Part shown: positions 1 to 9,227 of the stretch, in pieces | How the letters are laid out: each line of letters begins with the position of its first letter | Numbering within the stretch: position 1 is the stretch's first letter | Assembly (NCBI GenBank): GCA_963795915.1 | Contig: CAWCJA010000010.1 | Location: forward strand, 255,049-319,048 | DNA: 64,000 bases | Reading direction: 5' to 3' | Source of the DNA: an uncultured Actinomycetota bacterium | GTDB taxonomy: Bacteria > Actinomycetota > Actinomycetes > Actinomycetales > Dermatophilaceae | Made by a program: the position numbers and the translations under genes | Notes under the pieces: generated by a model | Databases searched by the model: none | Told to the model about the DNA's origin: nothing | The model's input: the letters and a program-made list of their open reading frames with translations, nothing else

Positions 1-274
1 CCTGGCGTACAGCGTTCGCGGCGGTCCGCGCCGGACGGGCGGGGCCAGGCCCGTGGTCCGGTCGGCGTGGTGCCGGAGGTGGTGGCGCGTCCACTGCCGT
101 GCGATGCCGGGGGCTGACGAGGTCGAGACCGTCAGGTCACCAGATCGCGGGCGGAGCGCTCGAGAGACAGCCTACGACGTCCACCCCTTGTTCACCCACT
201 CGACCACGCCCGGTGGACCGGCGGGCGCCTCGTCGGGGTCTCGGCATGCGGGGTCCTGGGGTGCGAGAGCCCGG

Positions 275-318
275 GTATGCGGAAGGCCGCCTCCGTGGGG
301 GAGGCGGCCTTCGCATAC
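275..318. terminator. GC-rich hairpin downstream of clpC1, probable intrinsic terminator
   Basis: GTATGCGGAAGGCCGCCTCC / GGAGGCGGCCTTCGCATAC inverted repeat starting 23 bp past the clpC1 stop. Confidence 0.7.
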
Positions 319-340
319 GGCTCAGCGGGTGGAACGGGCG

Positions 341-2929
341 TCAGGCGGACGCCGCTCCGCCGGAGTCCTGCGGGCCGGGGGTCGCGGCCCCCGGCGCGCC
401 GACGGTGTCGACGGGCGGGGTGTCGGGGATCTCCGGCAGGGTCTCCTCGCGCTTGGACCCGGCGAAGGTGAACGCCGCGTCCTTCCAGCTCTCGCCGTCG
501 AAACCGGTGGCGTCGACGAGCACGAACTCACCCGGCTTCAGCTCGCCGTAGAGGATCTTCTCGGACAGCACGTCCTCGATCTCGCGCTGGATGGTGCGGC
601 GCAGCGGCCGGGCCCCCAGCACGGGGTCGTAGCCCTTCTTGGCGAGCAGGTTCTTGGCCGCGGTCGTGAGCTCCATGCCCATGTCCTTGTCCTTGAGCCG
701 CACGTCGAGCTTGGCGATCTCCAGGTCGACGATCGAGACGATCTCCGACTGCGTGAGCTGCGGGAAGACGATCGTGTCGTCGACGCGGTTGAGGAACTCG
801 GGGCGGAAGTGCTGCTTGAGCTCGTCCGTGACCTTGTTCTTCATCCGCTCGTAGTCGCTGCGTGAGTCGGGACCGGAGGAGAAGCCCAGGGTGCCCTTGG
901 TGATGTCACGCGTACCGAGGTTGGTCGTCATGATGATGACGGTGTTCTTGAAGTCGACCATCCGGCCCTGGGAGTCGGTGAGCCGGCCGTCCTCGAGCAC
1001 CTGCAACAGCGTGTTGAAGATGTCGGGGTGGGCCTTCTCGACCTCGTCGAAGAGCACGACCGAGAACGGCTTGCGCCGCACCTTCTCGGTCAGCTGGCCG
1101 CCCTCCTCGTAGCCGATGTAGCCGGGAGGCGAGCCGAACAGCCGCGAGACGGTGTGCTTCTCGGAGTACTCGGACATGTCGAGCTGGATGAGGCTGTCCT
1201 CGTCGCCGAAGAGGAACTCCGCGAGCGTCTTGGCCAGCTCGGTCTTCCCGACGCCGGTGGGGCCGGCGAAGATGAACGAGCCGCCGGGACGGCGGGGGTC
1301 CTTGAGGCCGGCGCGGGTGCGGCGGATCGCCTGGGACAGCGCCCGGATGGCGTCGTCCATGCCGACGATGCGCTTGTGGAGCTCGGCCTCCATGTTGAGC
1401 AGGCGGCTGGACTCCTCCTCGGTCAGCTTGAAGACCGGGATGCCGGTGCTGGCCGCGAGGACCTCGGCGATGATCTCCTCGTCGACCTCGGCGACGACGT
1501 CCATGTCACCGGACTTCCACTGCGCCTCACGCTCCGCGCGCTGCTGCGACAGCTGCTTCTCGTCGTCGCGCAGACGGGCGGCCTTCTCGAAGTCCTGGCC
1601 GTCGATGGCGGCCTCCTTCTGGCGCCGCACGGTGGCGATCTTGTCGTCGTACTCGCGCAGGTCCGGCGGAGCCGTCATCCGACGGATGCGCAGTCGCGCG
1701 CCCGCCTCGTCGATGAGGTCGATGGCCTTGTCGGGCAGGAAGCGGTCGTTGATGTAGCGGTCGGCCAGGTTGGCCGCGCTCACCAGCGCCGCGTCCGTGA
1801 TGGAGACGCGGTGGTGCGCCTCGTAGCGGTCGCGCAGGCCCTTGAGGATCTCGATGGCGTGGGCCAGCGTCGGCTCGGCCACCTGGATCGGCTGGAACCG
1901 GCGCTCGAGGGCCGAGTCCTTCTCGATGTGCTTGCGGTACTCGTCGAGGGTGGTCGCCCCGATGGTCTGGAGCTCACCACGGGCCAGCATCGGCTTGAGG
2001 ATGCTCGCCGCGTCGATGGCGCCCTCGGCCGCACCGGCACCGACGAGGGTGTGGATCTCGTCGATGAAGATGATGATGTCGCCGCGGGTGCGGATCTCCT
2101 TGAGGACCTTCTTCAGGCGCTCCTCGAAGTCACCGCGGTAGCGGCTGCCGGCGACGAGCGCACCGAGGTCGAGCGTGTAGAGCTGCTTGTCCTTGAGCGT
2201 CTCAGGCACCTGGCCGCGGACGATGTCCTGGGCGAGCCCCTCGACGACGGCGGTCTTGCCCACGCCGGGCTCCCCGATGAGCACGGGGTTGTTCTTCGTG
2301 CGGCGCGACAGGACCTGCATGACGCGCTCGATCTCTTTCTCGCGCCCGATGACCGGGTCGAGCTTGCCCTCTCGCGCCGCCTGGGTGAGGTTGCGGCCGA
2401 ACTGGTCGAGCACGAGGGACCCCGCGGGGGTGCCCTCCGCCTGGCCCTGGCCCTGGCCGACGCCCGCGCCGGCCTTCTCGCCCTGGCCGCCCTGGTAGCC
2501 CGCGAGCAGCTGGATGACCTGCTGGCGCACCTTGTTGAGGTCGGCGCCGAGCTTGACGAGGACCTGGGCGGCGACGCCCTCACCCTCGCGGATGAGGCCG
2601 AGCAGGATGTGCTCGGTCCCGATGTACGTGTGGCCGAGCTGCAGACCCTCGCGCAGCGAGTACTCGAGGACCTTCTTCGCGCGCGGCGTGAAGGGGATGT
2701 GGCCGGTGGGGGCCTGCTGCCCCTGGCCGATGATCTCCTGGACCTGCTCCCTGACGGCGACGAGCGAGATGTCGAGGTTCTCGAGCGCCTTGGCGGCGAG
2801 ACCTTCGCCTTCGTGGATGAGCCCCAGCAGGATGTGCTCGGTGCCGATGTAGTTGTGGTTGAGCATGCGCGCCTCTTCCTGCGCAAGCACCACGACCCGT
2901 CGAGCCCGATCGGTGAATCGTTCGAACAT
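341..2929 (-). CDS. clpC1: ATP-dependent Clp protease ATP-binding subunit ClpC1
   Basis: [22 protein letters not shown]-terminus, two Walker A motifs ([16 protein letters not shown]), UVR-like middle domain; GGAG RBS upstream of ATG at 2929. Confidence 0.98.
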   Translation of the reverse strand: MFERFTDRARRVVVLAQEEARMLNHNYIGTEHILLGLIHEGEGLAAKALENLDISLVAVREQVQEIIGQGQQAPTGHIPFTPRAKKVLEYSLREGLQLGHTYIGTEHILLGLIREGEGVAAQVLVKLGADLNKVRQQVIQLLAGYQGGQGEKAGAGVGQGQGQAEGTPAGSLVLDQFGRNLTQAAREGKLDPVIGREKEIERVMQVLSRRTKNNPVLIGEPGVGKTAVVEGLAQDIVRGQVPETLKDKQLYTLDLGALVAGSRYRGDFEERLKKVLKEIRTRGDIIIFIDEIHTLVGAGAAEGAIDAASILKPMLARGELQTIGATTLDEYRKHIEKDSALERRFQPIQVAEPTLAHAIEILKGLRDRYEAHHRVSITDAALVSAANLADRYINDRFLPDKAIDLIDEAGARLRIRRMTAPPDLREYDDKIATVRRQKEAAIDGQDFEKAARLRDDEKQLSQQRAEREAQWKSGDMDVVAEVDEEIIAEVLAASTGIPVFKLTEEESSRLLNMEAELHKRIVGMDDAIRALSQAIRRTRAGLKDPRRPGGSFIFAGPTGVGKTELAKTLAEFLFGDEDSLIQLDMSEYSEKHTVSRLFGSPPGYIGYEEGGQLTEKVRRKPFSVVLFDEVEKAHPDIFNTLLQVLEDGRLTDSQGRMVDFKNTVIIMTTNLGTRDITKGTLGFSSGPDSRSDYERMKNKVTDELKQHFRPEFLNRVDDTIVFPQLTQSEIVSIVDLEIAKLDVRLKDKDMGMELTTAAKNLLAKKGYDPVLGARPLRRTIQREIEDVLSEKILYGELKPGEFVLVDATGFDGESWKDAAFTFAGSKREETLPEIPDTPPVDTVGAPGAATPGPQDSGGAASA

Positions 2930-3033
2930 CGCCAAAGCTCCCTACCTGTGTCGAGACAACCCGATGGTATGCGAGGTGTCTGTGCGAGCCCCACGGCTTC
3001 GTGTTCGGAGAAGCCACGGGTCTGCGATGGGTC

Positions 3034-3060
3034 CAACTCCCGGGGTGGCTGTGCTGTTCC
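3034..3060 (-). promoter_or_regulatory. SigH/SigR-type ECF promoter for clpC1
   Basis: Minus strand reads GGAAC-N18-GTTG, matching the recalled SigH/sigmaR consensus GGAAY-N18-GTT; clpC is a typical member of that regulon. Confidence 0.7.
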
Positions 3061-3087
3061 TGCGTTGAGTCGGGTGGGCGCAAGTTT

Positions 3088-3271
3088 CGCCGCAGGCGAA
3101 CAGAGTCGTGGCGCCGGAGGCGAACAGAGTCGTGGCGCCGCAGGCGAACAGAGTCCTGGCGCCGCAGGCGAACAGAGTCCTGGCGCCGCAGGCGAACAGA
3201 GTCGTGGCGCCGGAGGCGAACAGAGTCGTGGCGCCGGAGGCGAACAGAGTCGTGGCGCCGGAGGCGAACAG
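3088..3271 (-). repeat. 24-bp tandem repeat, about 7.7 units, each containing a ClgR-type box
   Basis: Unit GCGCCG(C/G)AGGCGAACAGAGTC(G/C)TG; full units start at 3111, 3135, 3159, 3183, 3207, 3231, with partial units at both ends; minus strand of every unit contains GTTCGC-N5-GCG. Confidence 0.95.
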
Positions 3272-3273
3272 GC

Positions 3274-3543
3274 TCACGTCCGGTCCTGGGGGGTCCACGC
3301 CTCGCGACGCCGGAAGAGCGGGAAAGCGTTGAACGTGCCGCCGGGGTCGGCGGTCGTCGTCCAGCGGTCCAGGACCCACCCGGCCTGCTCCACGGCGTCC
3401 ACGCTGTCCATCCACGCGGTCAGCTGCCCGACCCCGGTGCCCCAGGCCCCGAGCTTGAACCGTGCGACGAACGTGGGCCGGCCTTGCTGGTATGCCGCCT
3501 GAGCCTGCGCATACAGCGCCTTGAGGTCGGACTCCGTGCTCAT
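3274..3543 (-). CDS. Small hypothetical protein (89 aa)
   Basis: ATG with GAGGT upstream, balanced non-shadow composition, stop abuts the repeat array. Confidence 0.6.
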   Translation of the reverse strand: MSTESDLKALYAQAQAAYQQGRPTFVARFKLGAWGTGVGQLTAWMDSVDAVEQAGWVLDRWTTTADPGGTFNAFPLFRRREAWTPQDRT

Positions 3544-3561
3544 ACCTCAGGCTAGACGCCC

Positions 3562-3609
3562 CGGAGTGGTGCTCAGCGCGCGCCCTTCCGAGCAGCGAGC
3601 ACCACTCCG
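3562..3609. repeat. REP-like hairpin, left flank of DUF559 gene
   Basis: CGGAGTGGTGCTC...GAGCACCACTCCG 13-bp inverted repeat; homologous to 4669-4714. Confidence 0.7.
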
Positions 3610-3634
3610 CTGGCGTTCACCCCGGAGTCGGGCA

Positions 3635-4564
3635 TCAACCGACGCGGCGGATGGTGAGCGCAGAGTAGGCCCGGCAGACCTGCGCCATGAACGCGTCCGG
3701 CTGGAGCCGCAGCCCGACGAGGTCGATCCGGAGCACCGTTCCCCCGTCGAGGACGACGGCGTTCTGCCGCAGGTTGTCGTCCATCACGGCCAGCCCGGAG
3801 CGGTGGCCAGACCCGTCGATCTCGACGACCAGGCCGACGTCGGACCAGCAGACGTCGAGATAGATGCGACCGGTGGGGGTCGTGCGCACGAGCTGGCGGT
3901 CCGGGACGGGCAACCCGTGGCGCCGGCACAGCGAGGCGAAGTCCAGCTCACCGAGCGACTGCGCACCCGCCGCGACGTCGGCGGCCAGGAGCAGGATCAG
4001 GGCGCGCCGACTCCGCACGGGCACCGCCGAGGCCGCGACGAGCAGCTGACCCGCCGTGACGACACGTTGCTGGACGACGAGGGCGAGGACCAGCGCGGCC
4101 TGCCGGTCGGAGACGGCCCAGGACGCGGCGCGGATGGCGGCGGTGGCCGGCCGGACGCGAGGTATGCCGGCTACGGCCAGCTCCCCGGGACCTCGCTCGA
4201 TCCGGTGGATCCGCACGCCGGACACGCGGCGGGGGTGGACGGCGCGCGGCACCGAGACGTGCTCGACCGCCTCACCGAACCCCGTGACGCCGGCCGCCTG
4301 CAGCGCGCTGACGCCGTCGAGGACGGCGGCGCCGGCCCCCACCTCCCAGATCGACCGCCACCGCCGGGCGACGTCACCCAGGGCCACGGTGTGCACGGCC
4401 ACCGTCTCGTGACCGTGACGCCGCCACCGGCCGGCCGCGACCTCACGGGCCAGCGCGTTGCGGTCCACGCCCAGCTCGCGGAGCAGACGCCGGGAGAGGA
4501 CGCCGCCATAGTCGTCCGCGGCGAGGGCGGCCCGCTCGCGTCGCGCCCGGGCCACAGCGGTCAT
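3635..4564 (-). CDS. AbiEi-like N-terminal / DUF559 (Vsr-like endonuclease fold) protein
   Basis: N-terminal GGVLSRRLLRELG...GRWRR; C-terminal YLDVCW...LVVEIDGSGH...RQN...VLRI, typical of this actinobacterial family. Confidence 0.75.
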   Translation of the reverse strand: MTAVARARRERAALAADDYGGVLSRRLLRELGVDRNALAREVAAGRWRRHGHETVAVHTVALGDVARRWRSIWEVGAGAAVLDGVSALQAAGVTGFGEAVEHVSVPRAVHPRRVSGVRIHRIERGPGELAVAGIPRVRPATAAIRAASWAVSDRQAALVLALVVQQRVVTAGQLLVAASAVPVRSRRALILLLAADVAAGAQSLGELDFASLCRRHGLPVPDRQLVRTTPTGRIYLDVCWSDVGLVVEIDGSGHRSGLAVMDDNLRQNAVVLDGGTVLRIDLVGLRLQPDAFMAQVCRAYSALTIRRVG

Positions 4565-4668
4565 GACGTGACGCTGACACACGCGACGGTCCCGGGCGAG
4601 AGCGGGCTGCGCCTCTGTGGACGACGGGACGACGCGGTCAGGGGATGGGGATCCCGAGCGCAGCGCCG

Positions 4669-4714
4669 GGAGTGGTGTCGGCTGCTCGTCGTCAGGTGCG
4701 CTCGGCACCATTCC
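4669..4714. repeat. REP-like hairpin, right flank of DUF559 gene
   Basis: GGAGTGGTGTCG...CGGCACCATTCC; its reverse complement matches 3563-3608 at 32/46 positions without gaps. Confidence 0.65.
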
Positions 4715-4762
4715 GACCATGACGGCCAGGGCCCGGCGGGCTCGACGACGACGACGGGTCGG

Positions 4763-5800
4763 TCAGCGGCGGCGCTGGCAGCGGCCGCACCAGAAGAGGT
4801 TGCGGCCGGCCACGACCGTGGTGCGCACGCGCGACCCGCACACCCGGCAGGGCTCGCCCTGGCGCCGGTAGACGTAGTAGCGACGCCGCATCCCGGCGTA
4901 CCGCTGCCCCACGACTGCGGTCTCGTCCTCCGGACCGTCCGTGTCCTCGCCCGCCTCGTCGGCGTCGCCCAGCGCCTCGGCCTCCAGGGCCGCCTCCACC
5001 TCGGCGAGCGCCTCGAGGTCGGCCACCGCGACGACACCTGCGGGTCCGGGCGCCGAGCGGCGGGCGGAGTCGGTCCACGTGGACGTCAGGGCCGGTACGC
5101 GCCCCGCCGCCTTCAGCGCCTCGGCCCGCTCGACCTGGTCGGGCATGGTGATGATCTGGTTGAACGCCACCCCGAGCGGCAGCAGCCGGCTGAGGTCGGC
5201 CCAGATCGCGTCCCACGTGGCGCGGCGGATCTCCTTGCCGGGCCGGAACGGGTCGACCCGGTGCCGGTAGAGGACCTCGCAGCGGTAGACGTTGCCGACG
5301 CCGGCGAGGATCGACTGGTCCATGAGCAGCTCGGCGATGCTCCGCCCGGACTTCGCGATCCGGGCCCACGCGCGCGACGGGTCCTGATCGGGGCGCAGCG
5401 GGTCGGGACCGAGCCGGGCCACGATGGCGTCGACCTCAGGAGGGGTGACCACCTGGCAGACCACGGCGCCGCGCAGGTCGGCGACGTAGCGGTCGTTGAG
5501 CAGACGCAGGCGCACAGCGCCCCAGGGAGCCGGCACCGCGGCATACCCGTCGGCATCGACGGCGAGCTGGTCCACCGAGAACTTGCCGATGAGGCCGAGG
5601 TGCACGTTGAGCCAGGTGTCGCCCGCGAACTCCATGAACAGGTGCTTGCCCCAGGCCGACGCCTCGAGCACCTCACGGCCGTCGAGAAGTGCGGCACCGT
5701 CCTCGAACCGCCCCTGAGGCGAGGAGGCGGCGGGGGCCGTGCCGCGGAAGGCGGCGTCGAGCGCCTGCGCCAAACGGTGCAGCGTGTGGCCTTCGGGCAC
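4763..5800 (-). CDS. nei: Fpg/Nei family DNA glycosylase/AP lyase
   Basis: N-terminal MPEGH, WGKHLF, H2TH LMDQSILAGVGNVYRCE, C-terminal zinc finger CRVC...CGRCQ. Confidence 0.92.
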   Translation of the reverse strand: MPEGHTLHRLAQALDAAFRGTAPAASSPQGRFEDGAALLDGREVLEASAWGKHLFMEFAGDTWLNVHLGLIGKFSVDQLAVDADGYAAVPAPWGAVRLRLLNDRYVADLRGAVVCQVVTPPEVDAIVARLGPDPLRPDQDPSRAWARIAKSGRSIAELLMDQSILAGVGNVYRCEVLYRHRVDPFRPGKEIRRATWDAIWADLSRLLPLGVAFNQIITMPDQVERAEALKAAGRVPALTSTWTDSARRSAPGPAGVVAVADLEALAEVEAALEAEALGDADEAGEDTDGPEDETAVVGQRYAGMRRRYYVYRRQGEPCRVCGSRVRTTVVAGRNLFWCGRCQRRR

Positions 5801-6718
5801 TCAGCTGGCCTTCTTCTTGGCGGCCGTCTTCTTGGCGGTGGTCTTGGCCGCGGCCCTCTTGGCCGGAGCGGCCTTGCTCGCCGTCTTGGCGTCGGTCTTC
5901 GCCGCCGGCGCGGCCTTGCGCTCGGTCACCGGCTCGCCGCGCGACGCCTTGGCGCGGTCGACGGAGCGCTGCAGGGCCTCGAGCAGGTCGACGACCTCAC
6001 CCGAGCCGTCCTTGGCCGTCGGCTGCTCCTTGACCTCGCCGCCGTCGAGCTTCGTCTGCACCATCGACTCGACCGCCTGGGCGTAGTCGTCCTCGAACTC
6101 CTCGGGGTCGTAGTCGCCCGACAGGGAGTCGATGAGCATCGTGGCCATCGACAGCTCGCGCTCGGTGGCACTGCCGACGTCGCCGAGGTTGGCGAAGTCG
6201 GAGGAGCGGATCTCGTCGGGCCAGAGCATCGTCTGCAGCACGATGATGCCGTCGCGCACGCGCAGGACGGCCATGTTCTTGCGGTTGCGGATCGCCACGG
6301 TCACCACGGCCATCCGGTCGGCCGTTTCCAGGGCGTCGCGCAGCAGCGCGTAGGCCTTGGCCGCGCCCTTCTCGGGCTCGAGGTAGTAGGGCTTGTCGAG
6401 CAGCATGGGGTCGATCTGGTCCACCGGGACGAACTTCTCGACCGCGATCTCCTTGCTCGACTGGTTGGGCAGATGCTTGAGGTCCTCATCGGTGATGACG
6501 ACCATCTGGCCGTCCTCGGTCTCGTAGCCCTTGGCGATGTCGTCGTAGGAGACCTCCTCGCCGTCGATCGAGCAGACCCGCTTGTAGTGGATCCGGCCGC
6601 CGTCCTCCCGGTGCACCTGCCGGAAGGAGATGTCGTGGTCCTCCGTCGCCGAGTAGAGCTTGACCGGCACGTTGACCAGGCCGAAGGAGACGGCGCCCTT
6701 CCACATCGCACGAGGCAT
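5801..6718 (-). CDS. ku: Non-homologous end joining protein Ku
   Basis: MPRAMWKGAVSFGLVNVPVKLYSAT N-terminus, basic Lys/Ala-rich tail. Confidence 0.97.
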   Translation of the reverse strand: MPRAMWKGAVSFGLVNVPVKLYSATEDHDISFRQVHREDGGRIHYKRVCSIDGEEVSYDDIAKGYETEDGQMVVITDEDLKHLPNQSSKEIAVEKFVPVDQIDPMLLDKPYYLEPEKGAAKAYALLRDALETADRMAVVTVAIRNRKNMAVLRVRDGIIVLQTMLWPDEIRSSDFANLGDVGSATERELSMATMLIDSLSGDYDPEEFEDDYAQAVESMVQTKLDGGEVKEQPTAKDGSGEVVDLLEALQRSVDRAKASRGEPVTERKAAPAAKTDAKTASKAAPAKRAAAKTTAKKTAAKKKAS

Positions 6719-6721
6719 GGG

Positions 6722-8047
6722 CTAACTCTCGCAGACGGCACCGACAGATGCCGGGTTGTCGGTCCCGGAGACCTCCGCCAGCCGGCCGGTGAGGTATGCG
6801 CGCTCCCCCCCGTTCGCGGTGAGCTCCAGCGCCCGCCGGTACGCCTGCGCCGCCTCCTCGTCACGGCCCAGCCGGCGCAGCAGGTCGGCTCGCACGGCGT
6901 GGAACGGGTGGTACGCCTCCAGCCCAGCGATCGCGTCGACGGCCTCCAGACCCGCGTCCGGCCCGTGCACCTCGGCCACCGCCACCGCCCGGTTCAGGGC
7001 CACGACGGGCGTGGGTGTGACGGTGTGGAGCTGGTCGTAGAGGGCGAGGACCTGGCTCCAGTCGGTGTCGGCCGCCCGCGCGGCGTCGGTGTGCACGGCG
7101 CCGACCGCCGCCTGCAGCTGGTAGGGCCCCGGTCGGCCCCGGCGCAGACAGGCGCGCACCAGTGCGTGGCCCTCGGCCACCAGCCCGCGGTCCCACAGCG
7201 ACCGGTCCTGCTCCGGGAGCGTGACGAGCACCCCACCCTCGAACCGCGCGGGCCGGCGCGCCTCCGAGAGCAGCATCAGCGCGAGCAGGCCGAGCGCCTC
7301 GGGCTCGTCGGGCATCAGCGCCGCCAGCATCCGGGCCAGCCGCACCGCCTCGGCGCCGAGGTCCTGACGGGCGCCGGCGGTGGCGCCCGCCGACAGGTAG
7401 CCCTCGTTGTAGATCAGGTAGAGGGTCGCAAGGACCGCGGCCAGCCGACCCGGCAGCTCGTGGTCCGCGGGAACGCGGTAGGGGATGCGGGCGGCCTTGA
7501 TCTTGGCCTTGGACCGGGTGAGCCGCTTGGCCATCGCGGCCTCCTCGACGAGGAAGGCGCGGGCGATCTCCTCGGTGGTGAGCCCGCCGAGCAGCCGCAG
7601 GGTGAGCGCCACCTGGGCGTCCGGGGCCAGGGCGGGGTGGCAGCAGGTGAAGATCAGCCGCAGCCGCTCGTCCGCCACGCCGCTGACGCCCTCCTCCCCA
7701 CTCACCCCGCCCGTCCCGCCTGTCGCTGTCGGGTCGTCGGCCGCTGGGTCGAGCCGGGCCGCCTGGGCGTGCCGCGCGTCGCGGGTCGACTCGCGTCGTA
7801 GCCGGTCGATGGCCCGGTTGCGGGCGGTCGTGGCCAGCCAGGCCCCCGGGTTCGGGGGCAGCCCGGCGGTGGGCCACCGCCGGGCGGCCTCGACGTACGC
7901 CTCCTGGGCGGCGTCCTCGGCGAGGTCGATGTCGCCGAACCGGCGGACGAGACCGGCGACGACGCGCCCGTGCTCCTCACGGAAGACCTGCTCGAAGGAC
8001 GCGTCGAAGGACGGGCCGGGCGGCGGTGGTCGGGAGGCCTCAGACAT
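6722..8047 (-). CDS. ECF sigma factor with C-terminal TPR-like extension (ECF42-type)
   Basis: DLAEDAAQEA, LRLIFTCCHPAL, YLIYNEGY, GPYQLQAA motifs; directly downstream of a DGPF/YciI gene. Confidence 0.88.
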   Translation of the reverse strand: MSEASRPPPPGPSFDASFEQVFREEHGRVVAGLVRRFGDIDLAEDAAQEAYVEAARRWPTAGLPPNPGAWLATTARNRAIDRLRRESTRDARHAQAARLDPAADDPTATGGTGGVSGEEGVSGVADERLRLIFTCCHPALAPDAQVALTLRLLGGLTTEEIARAFLVEEAAMAKRLTRSKAKIKAARIPYRVPADHELPGRLAAVLATLYLIYNEGYLSAGATAGARQDLGAEAVRLARMLAALMPDEPEALGLLALMLLSEARRPARFEGGVLVTLPEQDRSLWDRGLVAEGHALVRACLRRGRPGPYQLQAAVGAVHTDAARAADTDWSQVLALYDQLHTVTPTPVVALNRAVAVAEVHGPDAGLEAVDAIAGLEAYHPFHAVRADLLRRLGRDEEAAQAYRRALELTANGGERAYLTGRLAEVSGTDNPASVGAVCES

Positions 8048-8390
8048 CGTCCTGGAAGGGCCGCACTTCGACCGGTCCGCCGCAGGCGGCCGAGCCCCGC
8101 CGGGCGAGGTCGACCGCGGCGTCGAGGTCGGCGACGTCGACGACCCAGAACCCGCCGAGGTGCTCCTTGGCCTCGGCGAACGGACCGTCGGTCATGACCG
8201 CCTCGCCGCTGCGCCCGTCGACGACGGTGGCGGTGCTGACGGGGTGCAGGCCGCCGGCGAACACCCAGGCGCCCGAGGCCTTGACCTCCTCGTTGAACGC
8301 GCCGACGTCGGCGTACATCCGCTGGGTCTCCTCCTCGCTCGGCGTCGGGTCTCCGTCGCGCGACCACACGGACAACAGGTACTGGGCCAT
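8040..8390 (-). CDS. YciI/DGPF family protein
   Basis: FAGGLHP...TDGPFAEAKEHLGGFW...VEVRPF; GGAG RBS before ATG at 8390. Confidence 0.9.
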   Translation of the reverse strand: MAQYLLSVWSRDGDPTPSEEETQRMYADVGAFNEEVKASGAWVFAGGLHPVSTATVVDGRSGEAVMTDGPFAEAKEHLGGFWVVDVADLDAAVDLARRGSAACGGPVEVRPFQDDV

Positions 8391-8404
8391 CTCGGTCTCC
8401 TTCG

Positions 8405-8450
8405 TTGGTGGTGCAGGTCGGTGGTGGTGCAGGTCGTTGGTGGTGGTGCT
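8405..8450. repeat. Short 16-bp tandem repeat between the DHFR-like and yciI genes
   Basis: (T/G)TGGTGGTGCAGGTCG twice plus a partial third copy. Confidence 0.5.
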
Positions 8451-8452
8451 GG

Positions 8453-9097
8453 TCAGCGCACGACGTCGCGGCCGTCCTCGACGGTCGCCGTGGCGACCTC
8501 GAGGCCGCCTGCCGGCCGCAGCACCATGTACTGGCAGCCGGTCGCCGTCTGCTCGGTGGTGACCAGCTCGAAGCCGGTGGGGACACGGCCGGTCTCGAAC
8601 AGCCGCTTGCCGGAGCCGACGATGACCGGGGCCACGATGACCCGGTACTCGTCGACGAGCCCGGCGTCGTGCAGGGTCTGGACGAGCCCGTGGCTGCCGT
8701 GCACCTGTAGCTCGCGCCCGGGCTGCGCCTTCAGCTCCCGGATCCGGGCCACCACGGCGTCGGTGTGGCCGCTCACCACTGTGGTGTCGGCCCACGTGGG
8801 GTCGGTGAGGGTCGTCGAGACGACGTACTTCGGCGCGGTGTTGAGGGCGTGCGCGACGGTGTTGTCCGGGTCGGTGACCTGCGGCCAGTACGCGGCGAAC
8901 AGCCCGTACGTGGTGCGGCCGAGCAGCAGCGCGTCGGTCTGCGCGAACCAGCCGTCGACGATCCGGCCGAAGTCCTCGTCGGTGAGCGGCATGAGCCAGC
9001 CGCCCCTCTCGAAGCCTCCGGAGCGGTCCTCGTCGGGCGCACCCGGGCCCTGCATGACGCCGTCGAGGGTGACGAAGGTGTGGACGGTGAGCTTCAT
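8453..9097 (-). CDS. Dihydrofolate reductase-like (RibD C-terminal domain) protein
   Basis: TLDGVMQGPG, LLLGRTTY, VHGSHGL, LVDEY, GSGKRLF. Confidence 0.88.
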   Translation of the reverse strand: MKLTVHTFVTLDGVMQGPGAPDEDRSGGFERGGWLMPLTDEDFGRIVDGWFAQTDALLLGRTTYGLFAAYWPQVTDPDNTVAHALNTAPKYVVSTTLTDPTWADTTVVSGHTDAVVARIRELKAQPGRELQVHGSHGLVQTLHDAGLVDEYRVIVAPVIVGSGKRLFETGRVPTGFELVTTEQTATGCQYMVLRPAGGLEVATATVEDGRDVVR

Positions 9098-9165
9098 CGG
9101 GACTCCTGGTGGGTGGATGGTGGCGCGGCCGGGCTGGGAACGATCGGGCCGGCCTCACTCTCTCC

Positions 9166-9191
9166 ACGAACGGGTCGGGCCCACCAGGACA
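9166..9191 (-). promoter_or_regulatory. Possible ECF42-type promoter for the dhfr-like - yciI - ECF operon
   Basis: Minus strand TGTCCT-N16-TCGTG; imperfect match to the recalled TGTCGA / CGTC-like ECF42 motif. Confidence 0.35.
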
Positions 9192-9227
9192 GGGGTATGC
9201 GAGGAGTTTCGGCGAACGTCGTCGACC

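Noticed and set aside
1-270. Coding region at the left edge
   Set aside because: No frame gave a recognisable or convincingly biased product; too little context.
3088-3271. CRISPR array
   Set aside because: The 24-bp units are head-to-tail with no unique spacers, and no cas genes are present.
2942-3555. ORFs running through the 24-bp repeat (2942-3415 minus, 3001-3555 and 3108-3332 plus)
   Set aside because: They stay open only because 24 is a multiple of 3; they overlap the clpC1 promoter and a better-supported gene, and have no recognisable domain.
3521-7801. 1426-aa plus-strand ORF
   Set aside because: Antisense shadow of DUF559, nei, ku and ECF genes; typical of high-GC codon bias.
8040-9167. 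375-aa ORF as an extended YciI
   Set aside because: The N-terminal part is an off-frame read of the DHFR-like gene; the real start is 8390 with its own RBS.
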